Source: Opitutus sp. GAS368
GTDB taxonomy: Bacteria > Verrucomicrobiota > Verrucomicrobiia > Opitutales > Opitutaceae
Length of the DNA: 64,000 nt
Assembly (NCBI GenBank): GCA_943372705.1
Contig: CALRZR010000009.1
Span: forward strand, 2,644 to 66,643
Direction: 5' to 3'
Position 1 is the stretch's first letter. Each line of letters starts with the position of its first letter. The notes beneath the pieces were generated by a model. The model was not told the DNA's origin, did not search any database, and worked only from the letters and a program-made list of their open reading frames with translations. This document shows positions 61,652 through 64,000 of this stretch, in pieces. The position numbers and the translations under genes are program-made.

Positions 61652-64000
61652 TCAGAACGTCAGGTCTACGCCGACGGTGGCGCGCCAGCCGGAGTTGCTG
61701 TTGTCTTCCACGTATTGGGGGAAGGACTGGTAGGAGACTTGCGGGCGCGAGGTGAGGTTGATGACACTGGCGTTCAGGCGGATTTTGCGGGTGAGGCGGT
61801 AGCTCGCCTCCACGTCGACCTGTTCACGGGCGGCAAAGGTGTCGTCGACGTAGCGGTTGTCGCCGATGCCGGTGAGATAATCGGAGCGATAGGAGTAGCG
61901 GACGTTGGCTCGGAATTTGCCGATGGCGTAGTCGAGCGACGCGTTGAACATCGTATCCGAAAAACCGAACGTGGGGAGTTTTTCGCCGGCCCGGAGCGCG
62001 CCGTAGTTGGCTTCGCTCTTGCCGAACGTCGCGCTGAGGTTCGCGGTGAGGCCGCGGAGCATGGGCGGCAGGAAGTGAAGCTTCTGCTGGACGATGAGTT
62101 CGAGGCCGTAGTTGGTCGCGCCTTCGGCGTTTTCCCAGCGACGGAGCGTGCGGGTGCCAAGCGGGTTGATGATGGGATCGCCGGTGGCGGGATCGACGTC
62201 GTTGAAGCGCTGGTTGCTGTTGAAATAGAAGCCGCGCATCTTCTTCCAAAAGAAGCCGGCGGAGTAGAGGCCGCCTTTGTCGGTGTAGCGTTCGAGTTGC
62301 ACGTCGACGTTGTGGGAATTGGTGGGGTCGAGGAAGGGGTTGCCGACGGCGATGTTGCCGTTGATGTCCTCGGAGCGACCGAGGGTGAGGCGGCCGAGGG
62401 AAGGGCGGGCGTAGCTGCGGTGGTAGCTTTCGCGGAGGATGAGATTTTTTTGGAGCGCGTGGCGGAAGTGCAGGCCGGGCAGGAGCTCCGTGTAGTGGCG
62501 ACCGGCGTGGCGCGGACGGACGCCGAGGGTGCGGGCATCGACTTCTTTGCGGGTGGATTCCCAGGTGTTGCGTTCGACGCGCACGCCGCCGACGACAGTG
62601 GTGCGGCCATACTGGAGGGTGCCCATGCCGTAGGCGGAGGTCGTGGACTCGGCGGCGTCATAGTCTTCCTCGTTGGAACCTTTCAGGGAATCGTAGGGGA
62701 CGAAGGGGAAGAGCTGGGGGCTGGTCTTGAGGAGGGCGCGGAGTTTGGGCGGCTCGACTTCCATGAACATCTGACGGCCGTTGATCGCGCGATGGCTCGT
62801 CTTCATGACCTGGGCGTAGGGGAACGCGGCGGTGGTGTCGTATTCGAATTGGTTTTGGTTAAACTCGGGGGAGTTCGAGGCGTATTTGAATCCCAACTTG
62901 AGCGCGCCCGCTGCGCGTGCGCCGATGAATTTGCGCTCCCAATCGACTTTGGCGGTGTAGGCGGTCTCCCAGCGCTCCTCGGGCTCGATGCTGAGATCGC
63001 CGCGAGTGACGCCGGAGAGATCGCGGGGATCGAGGCCGTTGACGATCCAGACCTGGGGTTGCAGCGCATTGCGCACGTCGTATTCCCACTGGAAATAGCC
63101 TTTGGCGACGGGGACGTTGCGCACGATAAAATCGGAATCGAGGGTGCGTTGGTAGTGCGTGTGGCGGGCGAAGATGTCGTAGGCGAGGGAAGAGTTGCCG
63201 AACTCGTGGCGGCCGCCGGCGGAGGCGGCAAAGATATCGGTGTAGGCTTCGTTTTCCTCGGCGCTGTAGCGGATCTCGCCGCGCGAGCCATTGGCGCCGG
63301 CGGTGCCGCGGCCGCGACCGGTGGCGAGGAACTCGAAGGTTTTCCGGCCCGTGAGCGTGTCCTGAAAACGGGCGTTGTCGACGTAGGGGCGGCTCAGATA
63401 CCGGGAGGAGTCGACGACGCTGCGGCTGTGCAGTGGTTTGAAATAGAACGTGTGGTCGCGGCCGAGGCGGAAGTCGACGGTGGCGTTGGCGGCGTAGGAC
63501 TGCGTGGCGCGCAGGTTATATTGCACGGTGAGGTTAGGGACGTAGTAGAAGGGAAAGGACGGGAGGTTGTAGGTGGGATTGTTGGCGGGGGTGATGAGGT
63601 TGAAGTCGGTGTCGTTGTTCTCGTAGTAGCGGTTGCTGCGGTATTGGGAGAGGGTGACGCTGACGCCGAGGTTCTTCACTTCGCCGAACACGCCGAGGAG
63701 GTCGCTGTAGGAGGCGCGGAGATTGTGGCCCCATTTTTCCGCGAGGCCGAGGTAGTTGGAGCTGGCGCTGAGGCGCACCTCACGGCCGTCGCGTTGGAAG
63801 GCGGAGCGGGAGACGACGTTGATGATACCGCCGATGGCGTCGCCGTCGCGGTCGGGAGTGGCGGCTTTGATCACCTCGATATTAGCGATACCATCTGCGA
63901 CGAGGTCGCGCGTGCTGAAAGAGCGGGAGCCGAGGCGATTGCCGTCGAGCTGGAACGAATTGAACTCGCTGGCGAGGCCGCGGATGTTGGCCCCTTCGGG
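61652..64000 (-). CDS. TonB-dependent receptor (5' end lies beyond the window)
   Basis: ORF 61652..63874 ends ...WRATVGVDLTF (terminal aromatic residue). The same frame stays open from 63875 to the window edge. It encodes plug-like sequence there (PEGANIRGLASEFNSFQLDGNRLGS...IANIEVIKAATPDRDGDAIGGIINV). Confidence 0.85.
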   Translation of the reverse strand, partial: PEGANIRGLASEFNSFQLDGNRLGSRSFSTRDLVADGIANIEVIKAATPDRDGDAIGGIINVVSRSAFQRDGREVRLSASSNYLGLAEKWGHNLRASYSDLLGVFGEVKNLGVSVTLSQYRSNRYYENNDTDFNLITPANNPTYNLPSFPFYYVPNLTVQYNLRATQSYAANATVDFRLGRDHTFYFKPLHSRSVVDSSRYLSRPYVDNARFQDTLTGRKTFEFLATGRGRGTAGANGSRGEIRYSAEENEAYTDIFAASAGGRHEFGNSSLAYDIFARHTHYQRTLDSDFIVRNVPVAKGYFQWEYDVRNALQPQVWIVNGLDPRDLSGVTRGDLSIEPEERWETAYTAKVDWERKFIGARAAGALKLGFKYASNSPEFNQNQFEYDTTAAFPYAQVMKTSHRAINGRQMFMEVEPPKLRALLKTSPQLFPFVPYDSLKGSNEEDYDAAESTTSAYGMGTLQYGRTTVVGGVRVERNTWESTRKEVDARTLGVRPRHAGRHYTELLPGLHFRHALQKNLILRESYHRSYARPSLGRLTLGRSEDINGNIAVGNPFLDPTNSHNVDVQLERYTDKGGLYSAGFFWKKMRGFYFNSNQRFNDVDPATGDPIINPLGTRTLRRWENAEGATNYGLELIVQQKLHFLPPMLRGLTANLSATFGKSEANYGALRAGEKLPTFGFSDTMFNASLDYAIGKFRANVRYSYRSDYLTGIGDNRYVDDTFAAREQVDVEASYRLTRKIRLNASVINLTSRPQVSYQSFPQYVEDNSNSGWRATVGVDLTF

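Overview
High-GC bacterial chromosomal segment, roughly two-thirds G+C by eye. The gene content (many Tat-signal Gfo/Idh/MocA oxidoreductases, a sulfatase, TonB-dependent receptors) and the dense GC-rich hairpin repeats suggest a Verrucomicrobiota/Opitutales-like organism; this is inference only. I support about 50 protein-coding genes and see no rRNA, tRNA or CRISPR array. Many long ORFs in the track are antisense or alternative-frame shadows of real genes, which is typical of high-GC DNA, and I rejected them. Content in order: SGNH esterase, VOC protein and TPR protein; a small low-GC toxin-antitoxin pair; a six-gene lipid-modification operon (FAD oxidoreductase, DUF1365, CFA synthase, DUF1475, DUF1295, second CFA-family methyltransferase) preceded by a separately terminated acyl-CoA desaturase; an ECF sigma / anti-sigma / DUF4097 module; an MBL hydrolase and an oxidoreductase; a periplasmic chorismate-mutase/PheC-like fusion; kynB-kynU; a TonB receptor plus beta-propeller phytase; ParA-like and TrmH-like genes; membrane proteins of unknown function; a glycan-utilisation block (DUF4380-like protein, oxidoreductase, glycoside-hydrolase-like protein, sulfatase); an accessory islet at about 44.3-50.5 kb; an M16 peptidase pair; a PIG-L deacetylase; a second TIR protein; an S9 peptidase; an MscS-like channel; and a partial TonB receptor. 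The most interesting candidate is the islet. A membrane-anchored TIR-TPR protein with a tightly coupled small ORF lies divergent from a small 2TM protein and a SLOG(YpsA-like)-domain protein fused to tandem SLATT/DUF4231-like 2TM modules. I read this as a possible Thoeris-like system: TIR signal generator, SLOG sensor, membrane effector. Non-coding structure is also notable. About 19 REP-like hairpins are almost all in one orientation. There are two copies of a three-hairpin element of about 88 nt. Two copies of a polypyrimidine/polypurine inverted-repeat element fill consecutive intercistronic gaps of the lipid operon. Coordinates read from the raw sequence rather than the ORF track may be off by 1-2 nt.
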